The position numbers were made by a program, and so were the translations under genes. From Owenia fusiformis (lineage: Eukaryota), in contig CAIIXF020000001.1 of NCBI GenBank assembly GCA_903813345.2, forward strand, positions 434,001 through 498,000: DNA of 64,000 bases. Reading direction: 5' to 3'. A model generated the notes under the pieces. The model searched no databases and was not told the DNA's origin. It saw only the letters and a program-made list of their open reading frames with translations. Shown here in pieces: positions 37,881-52,200 of this stretch (within the stretch, counting starts at the first letter, position 1; the number at the start of each line of letters is the position of its first letter).

Positions 37881-38744
37881 TGATCTGGGAGATTCTGCTG
37901 ATTTCACCACTTGAAACATAATATGGAGTTCTCCAATTTTCATTATCAGTTTTCACTCATACATCACATACATAGTAGTCTGGACAGAATTGATCAAGTG
38001 TCACGTTTAATGTCACTGTAATAACTTTTTAATTTTCAGTCAAAATCTGATTACATATTTCAGAACGCGAGTAGAAATAACAAAGTAGTAGAGTAGAGTA
38101 AAAAATATTTAAGGAACATCTCTTAATTTATTGATATTATAGGCGTTCATAGTATGAAAGAGGCAAATGCATAATTCACCATTTTGTCTCATATTCGTTC
38201 AAAAATGGCTGCTTGTTTTGTTAATTTGAATGTTCAGTTGAAAGTTAATATTTGGTAGAAATTCATGTAGAATCGCTGCTCTGGTAAAATTTCAAATTCA
38301 AATTTATTAGCTTTATTGTATTTCAATCCCCATCAGGGGTCATATACAAAGCATACAACTAACTACAAACTACTTAAGTACAAAAATGAAATATAAATGT
38401 GTAATGCCACTAGTATATGTGAATAAATACATACTAGTACCTGTATATATATGTGGCGTGTATCTGGTATGACGTAATGTGGAATGGCTGCATTTAAAAC
38501 CTTTTGTTTTGAATTGACCCATACCGGTACTTAAAAAAGTTCATACATTGTATGTGCAGTATATTGATAAGGTTAAAGGACTTAACGTTTTATGGCCATT
38601 CCATTGTTACCCAAAGTTGATTAAAGTGGCCTAAAGTGCTGCTCATTTATTCGTGAAGCCACTCACGCCACTGCACGCAAAATTCGTAATTCATGGCTGA
38701 AATAATCGGGAAGACAAAAATATGTGAGATTCTTTACAGAATGG

Positions 38745-40495
38745 TTTTTAATAACTATTTACAAAAATGTTCCCGACACACAAATCCATTTAGGCAAGGC
38801 TTGTTTAAAAGTCGAAAAGCCCCAATTAGTCCATGGTATGAAATCTCTAGGACGTCTAATAAAGGAGTTGGTAGCACACTATAGCGCAGCGATATTTGAC
38901 CTTACATCAACATACCTACATATGTCCCCTAATAATTTTTATTATAACCGTTCAATATACTTCCGGGTTTTAGGCTGAATTAAGCCTGCCATTAACAGAG
39001 GTCAAAAAATCACCAAAAAATAAAATCCCAATTTTTCACAATTCGGAGTACACACTGCAACAGAAAATAATACAAAATGATTTTAAATATATGATTTAGG
39101 TTTCTAAGCTAAGTTTAAGGTTATTTTTGTTATCAATACCCAAAAATATGTAATCAGTGTATCAACGTTTTGTATTGTTTCTCAGGTATTAATAAGATAT
39201 ATATGCTAGAAATGAATCACTTTTATATTGGAATGACAAATGTTTAAATTATGCTAGTTTTTCACAAAAAGGTGTCTCAATACGTTTTGAGATATGGACT
39301 TTCAGTGGTGAAAATTATTAATAAAGGCAGGCCTATTGCTCTTCCTTGACTAATTGGGACTACAGCTAAAATTCTATTTCCCGTAGTTACATATAGCTCT
39401 GTTGCTTATAAAACAGCCATCAATACTTGATTGAATTCATGAATAATTGAGAAAAATCGTTATCATTATCTTACTAAAATTTGATTGTATCCAGCGGTAA
39501 GGTCAAAGAACAAACAGCCATTAGAAAACTTGATGATAGCCACAAGTAACGTCGAGGAAGAATTTCAAGACGTTCGATTGCATATGACTCTAATTGATTA
39601 TTAGACATGCCCTTGGAATATATGAACATTCCAATACCTCTGTAACATTTAATTAGATATAAATCTTACATATTTGTTATTGTATTATGTTTTGTAAAAC
39701 ATGAACAATAATTTGTTGTTAGACCCCTTGCGATTATATGGAGAAATTCTGGTAATAAAATGTTTTAAATGGTAAGAAAACTAATATGTTCCCAATCATA
39801 AATTACCTAGTAAATATTCCGCAAATTTTGTTGAATCGGCTTGGCTCATATTTTAAAAATCAAACAAAATCTGAAAAACACACTTGCATAATTACACTAA
39901 TTAAACACCGACATCTACGGTAAAATTAAATAGTATATTTTTAAATTATGATAATTTATTTTTGTTCGTATGCTTAGAATAGCGGTCTTTGTCTTATAAA
40001 ATGTAAAAAAGTTCGAATCAAAATATTTACGTTTTTTGACCCCTTGTTATGAAAGACATTTTTCGACCCGAAAGCCGGAAGTTTTTTCAGCAAATCGAAT
40101 TTTAAAAGAATCAAGACATGTACACCTTTATAAATAATGCTTCAAATGTTGCTGCGCTATAGTGTGCTACGGATCCTTCATATGAGGTCGGAAGTCATAC
40201 CATGGACTAAATAAGACAATACAAACACAGATAAAACCCGGAAGACTGCAGATCATGTAATGATTTACGTTCATGTAAACAAGTAAAGTGCATATGATCC
40301 CTATATAAAACTCTGGCCTACGTGACATGTAATAGCATGTTCAAGCTGAAATATAGAAAATTTTGAACATAGCATTTGCTTCCGTGTTCTCTATGCCCAT
40401 CTACCTGCTTAATAAGGTAATGTATCTTCAAATAAAACCTTAGTCAAGAAGATTAGAGTCTCTGGAACACTTTTGTAAATAGTTTCCAAAAGCAG
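38745..40495. mobile_element. Probable non-autonomous DNA element with long imperfect inverted arms
   Basis: ttagtccatggtatga...gtagcacactatagcgcagc (38827-38899) mirrors 40142-40210, and aactatttacaaaaatgttcc (38753) mirrors ggaacacttttgtaaatagtt (40464). The true termini are not resolved. Confidence 0.5.
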
Positions 40496-40727
40496 GCTTA
40501 GGCTTTGTTACGCTTAACAAACTTCCTAACGCTCTTTCACGCCGTGCGACAAACATCATGTCTTCTTCAGATAGGTCATGCTCTGGTGACCTGGTCCATC
40601 TGTAATTTCTGGATCTTGTTGTTCTGCCATCGTGTTCTCGAGTCAAAGATGCAATGGTTTTATGGATCTGCTGCATCTTTATATAGTCATTGGAAAAACA
40701 TGGTAGACGTGTTTTCTACAATTTCCA

Positions 40728-42343
40728 ATGGATAATTTAGGCGATATTGACGTTGATTCGGACGCTCTCGAACGGATTCTAGCTAAATGGGAGGACCAAA
40801 GCAAGGAATCCATCATTTCTGAGTTGTGCGAAGACTTTAGAGAAGCGGAGTTGGACGTTATACGACAAAGATTCTTTGATGTAAGTGTTACCGTTCTTAC
40901 TGAAAAATGTGATTCACAATTTGGACCTATTGCACAAAGGAATAAGGATCAAATTCCATGTAGTCTGAAACTAATCCGTCGTAAGGATAAGGATACTAAA
41001 CTCCGAAATATATGCGGGGATATTTACGATCTTCATGTTTATGTCTATGGAATAAGAGACGGTTATCCGAAATCTGTATTGGGCACAACGAGTTTCATAC
41101 CTGATCTCAAAGTGGCTTCAAATGTGCAAAATCAAGATGTGGTAACATCCGCAAATGCAATCATCGAATTGAAACGTCAATTACGAGAGATGTCAGCTAA
41201 GCAAAGCGAGTGCGAGAAAGACTTGGCTGATTTTAAGAAGAAACACGATAGTGAAATTTCGAAGCTAAAGAAAGACATTTCGTTGTTAGAGGACATTGTA
41301 CAGAGTTTATTATTTAGGGTCAACTGTACCATGGGCTTTCAACGAAAGCCCATGACTGTACCAAAGGGGAAATAGGTCAGGTCACGAAAAACAATTCGAT
41401 TAGCAATATAACGCAAACAACGCAATCAACAACTTTGATATCCAAGGAAAATACGCCGTCTAATAATAAACTGATTAATAACTCTGACTCTCGTGATTGA
41501 AACAACATGCAATCAAGCAAAATCAGCTGATCAATGTAAACAGTCCGATGATAAACAAAAATCAGCTGTAAAATCGAATGATATGCAAAAGGAATTCTAT
41601 CCAGCCTATCTTCAAGACAAGGATAAGGAATTCCCGCAACTGTCAACTAAGACAAACGTACCCACAATCACTCGCAGAATGTCGGAGCCTGTTAAGCCAC
41701 AGGAAAACACGGGTTAGAACGTGGTCGCCAGTAAGAAAAAGGCGCCGGTTAAGATGGTTCCTTTTAACCATGCGATGAATTCAGTGGTGGTAAACATGTG
41801 AAATCGTTAACTCCACGACTTAAAGGTGTCGCTTTCGAGAAATCAAAAACCCTATACTTAGAAAACATATGTCAAGAGGATTCGGAGTCAGACACCGACA
41901 CTATAAAAGTGGTTAAAGAATATGCAAATAGCAAGTTGATCAAAATCTCGCAGATATATGTAGTGCATAATAAAGTCACCAGCTACAGAGTTGGTTGTAA
42001 AATCACCGTTCCGATATCAATGGTGTCTAAAGCTATGGATGACGATACATGGCCCAGTCCATTTACATGCAGAGAATGGAAACCACGCCCTTATGTGGAC
42101 AGGCGACCTGCTCCACCACCTCGACTACGATATAAGCGTCAAACTGAAGACCGTCGCGAGCCACGCCCTCCTCAGTTAGACCACGATGAGGACAGTATGT
42201 ATGTTAACCGGACGCGTTCTAATCAGAGTTACCAAAGAGATGTGTATGAATATGACCATACAAGAGACCCACGCTTTGAATATAAGAATGAATCAAATGA
42301 AAATTACGACTGGTATGACAATCGTGGTTCTGTTTGGGATTAA
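40728..42343 (+). pseudogene. LINE ORF1, frameshifted into pieces
   Basis: ORFs 40728-41375, 41493-41717 and 41798-42343 lie in tandem directly upstream of the endonuclease. Confidence 0.7.
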
Positions 42344-43537
42344 TATCGAACTCATCATTCTGATAAAGTCAAAATGTTCCATACCAAAGTGTACTGCTTT
42401 GCTTTTTTATTTCAGTGTGTAGTTATGACTGTGGTTAACGATTTAAAAGTTGCCTGTTGGAATCTTAGAGGCCTCAACACTTCAATTGAGCACCTTAGGT
42501 ATATCATGAACGAGCACGATATTGTGGCCGTATCAGAACACAAGCTCTACGAATGCAATCTCAATAAATTGTGTAATGTATCGTCTGATTTTGAGTGTAT
42601 TGGTAGAAGTAGTAGAATGCTTTGTAACTCTAATTGTGGTACTTTAACAGGGCATGGCGGTGTAGGTATCTTTTATAGAAAATCACTTGCTCACTATGTA
42701 ATACCCATGTCCAAAATGTACACTGACAGAATCGTATGTATCAAAATCAAAGCTGACACACCTTTGTACATATTCTCGGTTTACCTGCCTCAGCAGCAAT
42801 GCTCATTTGACACATACGATGATGTTCTAAACGAGTTATGCACCTTCATAACGCAGGTTGAGCAAAATGGTAAAATCATGATTGTTGGCGATATGAATGC
42901 TAATTTTGGTAGGTTGTTTGGCAATAACAGAAGTATGGGACATCATACTAACAATGGCCGTAAACTTTTTGAATTGTGTAAAGAAAAATCTCTTACTGCC
43001 GTCGATATTGTTAGTGGATCTGGCCCATGTTTCACGTTTGAAGATAATTTTGGTAACAGGTCCTACATAGACCACTGTATTCTCTCAATTGATGAGATTG
43101 ATAATGTGTTAATCTGTAAAGTTATACCAGAGCATGCATCTAATTCGAGTGATCATCTCCATTTAAGTATTTCCATTAATATTAAAGGTCTCAAACATAG
43201 TTCAGTTATCAATGCTGATTGTATCAAATATGCATGGAATAAAGTGTCACCGGATCAGATTAAGGCTGGCTATACACATACGCTCACCCAGACTATCAAT
43301 GAGATGATCCCTTATATAAGAATTAAACAATTAACTAATGATGAAATTGATTGTATGATCGATACACTTACTTCCAGTATGGTGAATATATCAGACTCGC
43401 ATATACCGAAAAGGAAATTCTCAAAACACATAAAACCGTTCTGGAACGATTCTCTGGGAAGACTTGTTAAGGAACGCAATGCTGCTTGGCGGGAGTGGAC
43501 ACGCACAGGCCGCCCTAGGGACTCATCTGACCCCATT

Positions 43538-46500
43538 CACTGCGTGAAAAATGGAATTCCAAAACTTGACACGTCTAGATACGGCTCTTGACACGCCGCG
43601 TGTATAGGCGTTCCTAGTTTTGACACCTCTTGGCACGCGACGAATTCAACTCTTGACACGCCTTTACACCTCTTGGTACACACAGTGTATAGACGTGTAA
43701 AGACTGTAACAAAAGTCTTTGCACGCTTTGTGACTAATTATTGAAATCTCTTTGCACGCTCTTCGCACAACAGTACAATTTGCGATAACATACACTATGT
43801 AGAAACTTAATACATAACCAATGTACATTTATATCTTAGTTAAAATCCGCCATGACAGACCAACATATTCAATAATGTAACTCATATATAGTGTTCTAAG
43901 CATGAATTGAAACCTCAAGGCATAGTTGTATAACCTCAAGGCAGCATTCTCAAACTACAAGGCAGCATTCTCAAACTACAAGGCAGCATTCTCAAACCAC
44001 AAGGCGGCACTTGCAAACTGTAATGTAACTCATATATAGTGTTCTAAGCATAAATTGAAACAGATTTATTGATTTAGTATTTCTAACTTCAATTTTTCTC
44101 CCAATTCATTTTTAGTTATCCCGAATTTCTCCCGATGTATTTGTAGAAATCCAGGTTTTCTCCCAATTATCCAAAATAAATCCAGATTTTCACACTGATT
44201 TTCTTTCAAATTATCCAGATTTCTCCTGACTTTAAAATAAAAATATCCCCATTTTAATAATTTTAAGTTGACAGGTATGCTTTTGTTAGGTTGTAATGAC
44301 CTATTATCCACAGCATTTCTAAAATTTTGTAATTCGACATATTATTTTACTTTTTTAAATTAAAAACAAATATGCCCTTTTTGGAATGTTCAGGATTCAC
44401 GATGGTCAGAACGAGATTGTATTTTTGATAATACAAATGTATTACCTGTAAGCAGGTTTCAACGGATTTTGATACACATTTTTGCCGTGTGTCCTATATT
44501 ATGATATTATGATTACAACCAGCAGTTTCCTAGATAAACATGACAACCGGGAGATAGTCTTCGGGCTGACATCTCGAAGCTGTTGTTTATGACTTCAATA
44601 CGGTACATCAATATTGATTTCCTCGCAAAGTATTCAAAAAACAATTCGTCTTTTGATAGGCTTTTTTCAGAAATTTTACACTTAGCTTACGTCATTTTAA
44701 TTCATTCAAACCTAAGACTCGTGGAAATTATGTATGATTCAAATGATTTGATATGGTGATCAGAAGTGTGCATTAAACAAAATAGAAGTTCAAACAATAC
44801 AAATCTGAAATTGATAGAGGGCATCGTCTGCCTCCCCAAGGCCAGTAACATATCTATGCAAATAAATAATAAATAAACAGTGTCCATCCACATGATAAAT
44901 GGATATGGGTCCAAAGCTTGAAAAACTATTTCTAGACTACTCCAAGGTATATCTTCTGTAATCAAGGTGGTTCAGCAGTTATAAAAACAAGGAAGTATTT
45001 GGATTATAAGGAATTAATATTTTGTTTTCATTTGATAATATTCATAATTGGTTCATGGGCATTCCATGCTTTGTTTAACAAATTTGAGACCTTTGTCTCT
45101 GATTGTCAAAAGTGAGACCCCCCAAATTGTTCTTTTAAAAATGAACCCCCTCACACCCCAGACCGCATATATAATGTACATTTTGTATATTTTACAGATA
45201 TCACATCCACCAGGATTCATTATAGCAAAATAATAGTTCACAAATGAATTCAGCTGTGGGGAACAGCAAAAGTACGGCTTGAGTGGGAGGGGGGTATGCC
45301 CGGGGGGGTATGTATGTACCAGGCAAATATAAGGGCTTTAACATGGGATTTAGGGGTAGGTACCCTGTACAAGTAGGGTTTTGAAGGGAGGTTGAAGGGG
45401 TATGTTACCTTCAAAAGTAGGATTTTAACGAGGGTCAAGGGGGTAGGCCCCGGTGTAGACACCCTGTAAAATGGGTCTTTAACAGGGGTTGGGGATTGAT
45501 TGAAGATATCCTGGAAAAGCTTGGCTTTAACATGGCTTAGGATGTTAGTTAAAGTAGGGGCTTAATGTGGTCTTAAAAAGCTCCAACGTTCCTCTTAGGG
45601 TGGTTAGTCACACTTTTTTCTCTAAAACTCAATTGTATTGTTGTAGCCAGAATGTTTCGGGTCAAGAGACCAACTGCGAAAGAAAGTTATCAAAAGGATT
45701 AATGCAAATGCCTTTTATATGAACAAAATGTCAACTACGGGGGAGTTTCCTGCCCCTGCGATCTTATTTGTCCATTTAGGATAAGATAAACCATGTAACC
45801 AGGTCCATGTATTCCATTCTGACAGAATTTCAAAATCAATTTCAAATTAAGTTTATTATGTTCGAAATCCCGAATGTCCCCGGGAGAATCTCTCTTCGAA
45901 ATTATAATGTCAGATAGATACAAAATAATATTGATATAACTAAAGATACTTACTTTGGCTCCCGTTTTAATTAGACGGATTGACGGAGTCAGAAAATCCG
46001 CCAAATTAAAATCCGTCAAATTTCAGTTTGGAATTTTTGTCAAATGCAATTCAGAAATTAAACTTCTGGGGCCCCCTTTCCTGTCAACTGAGCATGTCAT
46101 CAACATGTCATACATTATCCCAAAAGAAATACAGAAAATATCTTAGTAAATACCCGTTCTAATGACATAAACCATGGGCTTTCAAGAGAATCTTTTGATA
46201 GCCCATGTATAAACCCCGGGGTATAAACATAGACAAAGATTAAACTTCAGTCCTGATTCCGCCAAATTAAATAGCCGCCAATATTTGAAATTGAGCAAAT
46301 TCGTCAAATTAAGTAGCGTGAAAATAAGTGTATCTAAAGTATCTGTAAGGGGAGGGGGTGGCTCAAGGCATAAAGATTACCGGGAGATACAAACCGGAGA
46401 AATAGATGAGATGATGAATATGTATTGTATGTTTTCCAGTTTTAATTATGTTGTTTGTTATTGGTCCTAATATGATTAGGGACCACCAATACATGTATGT

Positions 46501-48900
46501 GACAGTTTTGAAGTTCAGAAAACGGGAAAATTGGTTAAAGTAAATTGTATATGATAATCAGAGCCGGGATTCAGAGATACACAACTAAAATAACGAGGAA
46601 TTAAAAATAGCCTATAGACCATGTAGACTGCAATCATGGACTCTCTTGAAAGCCCATGCTGTAATCAAGGTAATTTAGGGATGTCCCGTCTTTGAAGAAG
46701 CAAAAACGCAATCAAACAGTTAATTAGTTATTGTGTGATCTAGATTACAGATCAAAGAAATCAATTCCAAGATCATTATTACTATGTATTTAGTTCGTTT
46801 TATTTTTGAAAAGGGGTACAAGAAAACTATGTATTAATATATCAAGGGCAGGGTGCTCCTGAATCTGATAGTTAAAGCGTATGCTAGTATGAGGGGCGAC
46901 ATTTAAGTAGAGCATTGTTTTAAATCCTGCGAAAATGCACTCCCCCATTTTGCAAATATTGTGTGATGCCAATGAACCCTGAAATTTGTTTTTGTTTTCG
47001 CGAGCAATCAACAAATATGTTTATGAAAATCTTGCGAGTCCAGACATATGATTCTCATTCTGGCTCAGCTTAGTGTTGATTAGATTTTATCCCCACTCTT
47101 CCGACGTCTGTGTCTCCCTCATTTTTACCCTATATTCAGTTTCTTTTTAAACCAAATTTACAAATTAAGGTAGCGTATTCTGTAATTTCAACTATATGTT
47201 AGCCCCCCCCCTCCCCTTCGCCGACAGTAATGTATTGTTTAAAATAATACTGCATCCACCGGCCAATTATTCTTTCACCATTTTGAGCAGTTTTCGTGTG
47301 ATTTTGAACAAATATCAAATGTGACCCCACCCCTGGAATAAGTTAGCCCCCCCCTCGCTGACAGAGATGTCTAGTTTAAAATAATACTGTATCCCCTGGC
47401 CAATAATTCTTTCACCATTTTGAGCAGTTTTCGTGTAATTTTTGAGCAAATATCAAATGTGACCTCACCCCTGGAATAATTCTAAAGTCATCCCCTTAGC
47501 AAATGCTGGATTCGGCCCTGGTACTTGTCAATGCGAAATAATGGGTGTTGATTAGTGGAAATACCCATTTAAACAGACCCTCTTAATTTATAACAAGTTA
47601 ACAATATTATGAAGAAGCCAAGTTGCGATGTACTTTTCGTGACTCAAGTCGGATATAAAGTGAAACCATACTCTTTTTGATTTGATATCCCGTATTTAGC
47701 TAAAGCAAAACATGAAATATTAACCTGTGCGGTAAATTATAATTTAAAGTCCCCGTCTAAAGTTTGAAAATATTTTTTTATCATTCATTTACTATTTGTC
47801 AGGACTTAAAAAGTGATTTTAGAGATATTTGAACAAAAAATTTTTTTGGAAAAAAAAGTTGTGAGCATTTCATTTCTCAAATATTCAAATTTCCCGCCAT
47901 TTTTCAAAAAAAGTTGAAATTTCTTAATCATCAAATATTTCTTAATGCATTTCAAAAAAGATTATCTATTTAACACCAATGCAAAGATTGAACAAAAGAC
48001 ACACTATTTCAATAATAAAATGTCATATTTAATGGGCCACTTCAATGTTTAAGCTTATCAAAAATATTTTGAAACATTAGTGATGTCACTAAGGTAACAA
48101 AAACTTTTTGAAAAAAATTGAATTTTTTTTTCGATGTCAATCTTTTCTATATATGCTAGATTTTCATAAAAAACCAATGTTGATTGTCTAACCAGGTTAA
48201 AAGGAAGAATAAATTATGTTTTAGATATCATTGTACCATTGGTTTCTATGAGAACTAAAATTTTGAAATGCATTTTTCTCGGAACCATTTTCATGCACTG
48301 ATAAGTTCATTTCTCGCTTGTTTATCAACCAATTTTCTTAATTTTTTCGGCAAAAACATGTTAGGATGAATGCTATGCATTGGTATGAATTGTGGCTAAT
48401 TAGAAGATATGAGTGACCTCTAAAAGTTGGTTTTAAATAAATTCACAAATTTTGGAACAAAAAGTCTATCAAAAACCACTTTTTGAAATTAAAAAAAAAA
48501 GTTTCACATATCACACTTTGATAACATTGGGTAAGACTACAATATAAGCCAAAGTGGTTTAAACTTTACATGGGGCCTTTAAATGTTTCCATATATAGCG
48601 CAAAATCTACCCTGCGCGCAGAGTCTAGTTAAACTACAGAAGACGAAGCTCTCTTTTAAGAAGTGAAGTCAAACGAATGCAAAGGGTACGCAAAATCTCA
48701 CATGGCAATTTAATAACGACTAATTTTGTCTTGTGTCTAACCACGGCGTGCTTAGAGATTTCTAGACTCTAGTCACGCTCTGTCCACGCCAGCTCTAAGC
48801 ACGTCTAAGCACGCCTAGAAATCTCTAGATACACGGAGTTCCTAGACCGACTAAGCACGCACGTCTAGAAATTACTAGAAATTCCACATTTGATGCAGTG
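43538..48900. mobile_element. 5363-bp non-autonomous CACTA/EnSpm (CMC)-like element
   Basis: Termini CACTGCGTGAAAAATGGAATT and AATTCCACATTTGATGCAGTG with a 3-bp TSD (ATT). Short subterminal repeats (cacgc, ctaga) occur at both ends. No transposase ORF is visible. Confidence 0.88.
47748..48578. mobile_element. TTAA-flanked non-autonomous element (Kolobok-like) nested in the CACTG element
   Basis: ttaa-agtccccgtctaaagttt ... aaactttacatggggcct-ttaa. Confidence 0.8.
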
Positions 48901-51789
48901 ATTAGGGAACGGTATAAAGCCGCTAAAAGGAATTTTCAAAAAGCATACAAGTACGCGAGATATGAATTCGAAACAGCAGAATTAAATAAACTATACGAGA
49001 CTGAGGATTTGGGTCAAAATATGTTCTGGGTACTACTTAATAGAAGCAGGAAGTCTGCTACTTCGAAAACATCTCTTATTAAGGACAATAGTGGGAAAGT
49101 TTTATCTGATATTGACGATATATGTAACGAATGGAAAAATTATTTCCAGCAATTAGCAACACCATCACAATCCGATGAATACGACAACGCCTTCTATATG
49201 CACGTTAATGAACAGATACGTCTCATGGAAGTACGATCACACGATAATAGCAATATCTTCATGGACAATCCAATAACACTTGAGGAAATAGAAATCGCAA
49301 GCAAGCAGCTTAACCTAAAAAAGGCCTCCGGAATTAATCATGTTTCCGCGGAGCATATACGGCATGGAGGCTCTAAATTATTAGAAGTCATCAAATTGAT
49401 TTTGCAGCACGTCATAAACAATGAATATACGCCTAAAAACTTTCGAATTGGGATACTAATTCCACTTTTGAAAGGAGGGAAACGGGACCCATTAGAAAAA
49501 GACGACCATCGAGGCATAACGTTAATGACGTAACTGAGGAAAATGTTTGATAACGTCATGCTGAATAGGAGCAAGACGTTTCTTCTTGAACGTATACCCA
49601 TACCGCAACTTCAAGGTGCATCGTTAAAATCATGTTCATCGATCCATACGTCATTGCTTGTTCAGGAAGCCATTTCACACAACGTTGAAAAAGGACGTGA
49701 CGTTTACGTAACGACGTAAGACGTACGTAAAGCCTTCGATGGCGTTTTTATTGAAGGACTCTTCTACAAACTGTATATACTCGGCGTTAACGCAAAATTA
49801 TGGCGCATTTTGTACAACTCCTACAAAACGTATCAGTGCGTAGTTCGAATTGGCAATATTTTATCACAGACATTTGACGTAAAACGTGGCGTTCATCAAG
49901 GCGGGGTATATAGTATGATATTGTACCAAATCTTTAACGCTGACATAATACGTGATCTTCAAAGGATGAAACTCGGCGCATCGATCGGCGACATTGATGT
50001 CACTTGCCCTACTTACGCTGATGACATGGTTTTAATTTCCACTGAACTCGATAACATGAACATTCTACTTAACGCAGTCTATGACCACAGTGTAAAATAG
50101 CGATACGACATTCACAAAGGAAAATGCAAGACTCTTAAGTTCGGAAAGAAAAGTAGAGCCGCAAACTGTCAACCCACCCAGAATATTGTGAAAATAAATG
50201 GCTCTCCTATTGAGGCAGTAAACACTACAATACATGTTGGAATTCCGCTATCGGTCTCTGGTAACATTACTGAATACATTGAAGACAGTCTTTCTAAGGG
50301 CTGTAGAAAGTATTATTCACTACTAGGCCTCGGATCGGGAGTCGGTGGTATGCGACCTTTAACCCTGTCGAAGCTTTATAACACTTTCGCCACCCCATCA
50401 ATGACGTATGGCGCTAGCGTTATCCCTTATTCATCAAAAGATATCAATAAACTCGAAACGGCGCAGCGAAAAATTGGCAGGAAAATACAATCCTTTCCCG
50501 AATGGGCGGAATGCCCCGTAGCCTACGAGCCACTTGGATGGGAAGGTATAGAATACCAGATCGATACAGCAAAACTAATGTTCATATGGATGTTACTGAG
50601 TTTGCCTTGCAACAACATATACAAAAGACTGTTGATTTTAAGAATGACACTTATGGAATTTGACTTTAAAGGAATTAAAATGTCATCCCCTATCGCACAC
50701 ATGTGGTGCACGGCCGGGAAATACGATCTTTCGGAAATTGTAAAACTAATGTTAGATGGACAAATGATCTCCAAAAGTAGTTGGAAACGTCTAGTAAAAT
50801 GTCGAATTCGAGACCTACAAGAATCAATGTTTCGAATAAGATGCATGTTTACGAAGGTTTATCTTATTTTATCAATGGTCACTCATGTCTAATTCCAAAT
50901 AGCTGGTATGTTTTGTGTCAAAGGATGCCATCGATTGAAAAAACAATTTACAACTGTTGTGAGGTTAATGACTGGTCAATTAGGTCTAAACGGTCACAAA
51001 AAGTGGGATATCTCAAAAGAAAATGGTCGATTGTGCAATGTCTGCAACTTAAATGAAATTGAATCAATCGAACATTTTCTTTGCCATTGCGAGTTGTATG
51101 TTGAAGAAAGGTTAGCACTAAACGAAATCTATAAATATAACGATACAGGTAGTGTTAAAGATCGCATCAATCTGATCTTAAATTGTACAAACGACGATCT
51201 TGCATTGCAAGCTGTCTTAATAATTCATTCAATGTATATCAAGAGACAAGCAACGCTCGCAACTTCGCTCATTTCATAAACATGAGCAAATAATTTATCT
51301 ATTTTCTTATTTATGTATTAATTCACAATTAATGTACAATTGTAACTCTCTTATATAAGAGGTTAATAAAGAATACAATACAATTGGATCAAAAGCGGCA
51401 TGACATCGGCGATCTCGAAATTTCCAAATGCTTAACAGAGCGTAACCATGCCCAACAGAACTTGGCAATCGTATCAGAGCCAGATTTAAAGCGTCACAAT
51501 CACATCAAAGCGTAATAATACTTATCAAAGCTAATCAAAGCGTGATTTCAAGTGTAACATTAAGCCTGGTGGAAGCGGGATCAAAGCGTGAGGAACCGTA
51601 ACAAGTCGGGAAATCAGAGCGTATCAGAGCTTATCAGAGCGTAACATTACTTAGGAGATCGTGATATTTTGGGAAAAGTAAACAAAAATGACGGCGCTTT
51701 GCTCGCCGATTTAAAGCTTGGCATTCGCCGTTTGTGTGAAGGTAGCTTAAGATATTTGGAGTTAAAGCATGTATGACATACATCATTTT

Positions 51790-52200
51790 CTTCAGAAAGC
51801 ATTATATTGGATCTCTTGTTAGTTTTAGACAAGTAATTAATATGGTGAAATCATCAATATGGTGGGTACAGGCTAGGGCTTACCCAAAATGTATTAAACC
51901 CTGTACTTTTATGATAAGAATCCTGACCGAGACATGTACCTTTAATGCGTATGACCATGTTGCTAAATCTAGATTATGTTCTTTATGTAATGATGCAGAT
52001 GAAAATGTAGTTCACTTCCTTTTCTCTTGTGAAAGCCTAGCACAGGAAAGGGCCCCTTTTTAGAGTATATTACAGTTATGAATTATCATGGTCAATGTTT
52101 TAATGCAATCATTGTAAATATCCTGAAACAAGGAGATATTACTGCTGCTCAGCATATATACAACTTGTATAATAAAAGATGTAGCTTGCTGTAGATAGTG
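51790..52200 (+). mobile_element. 3' fragment of another LINE (zinc-finger end)
   Basis: SRLCSLCNDADENVVHFLFSCESLAQER parallels the C-terminus of the upstream LINE ORF2. Confidence 0.7.

Larger units (their letters stand above)
42374..51279 (+). pseudogene. LINE ORF2 (AP endonuclease 42425-43537, RT 48904-51279), disrupted
   Basis: In-frame stops at 49531, 49717 and 50098, a frameshift near 50850, and a 5.4-kb insertion. Confidence 0.9.
40700..51385 (+). mobile_element. Near-full-length inactive non-LTR retrotransposon (ORF1 plus APE-RT-zinc finger ORF2; RTE-X/Proto2-like, clade uncertain), split by the insertion at 43538-48900
   Basis: ORF1 pieces at 40728-42343 include a coiled coil and GCKITVP..TWP..CREW. 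APE motifs WNLRGLN, SEH, GDMNA, IDH and SDH. RT motifs QGGVYS and YADD. Zinc finger CNVC..EHFLCHC. The 3' end has AATAAA and (aatac)n. Confidence 0.92.

Noticed and set aside
42374-51279. RT and nuclease as a prokaryote-type retron, DGR or defence system
   Set aside because: The APE-RT-zinc finger order, ORF1 and 3' tail are those of an ordinary eukaryotic LINE, here inactivated.
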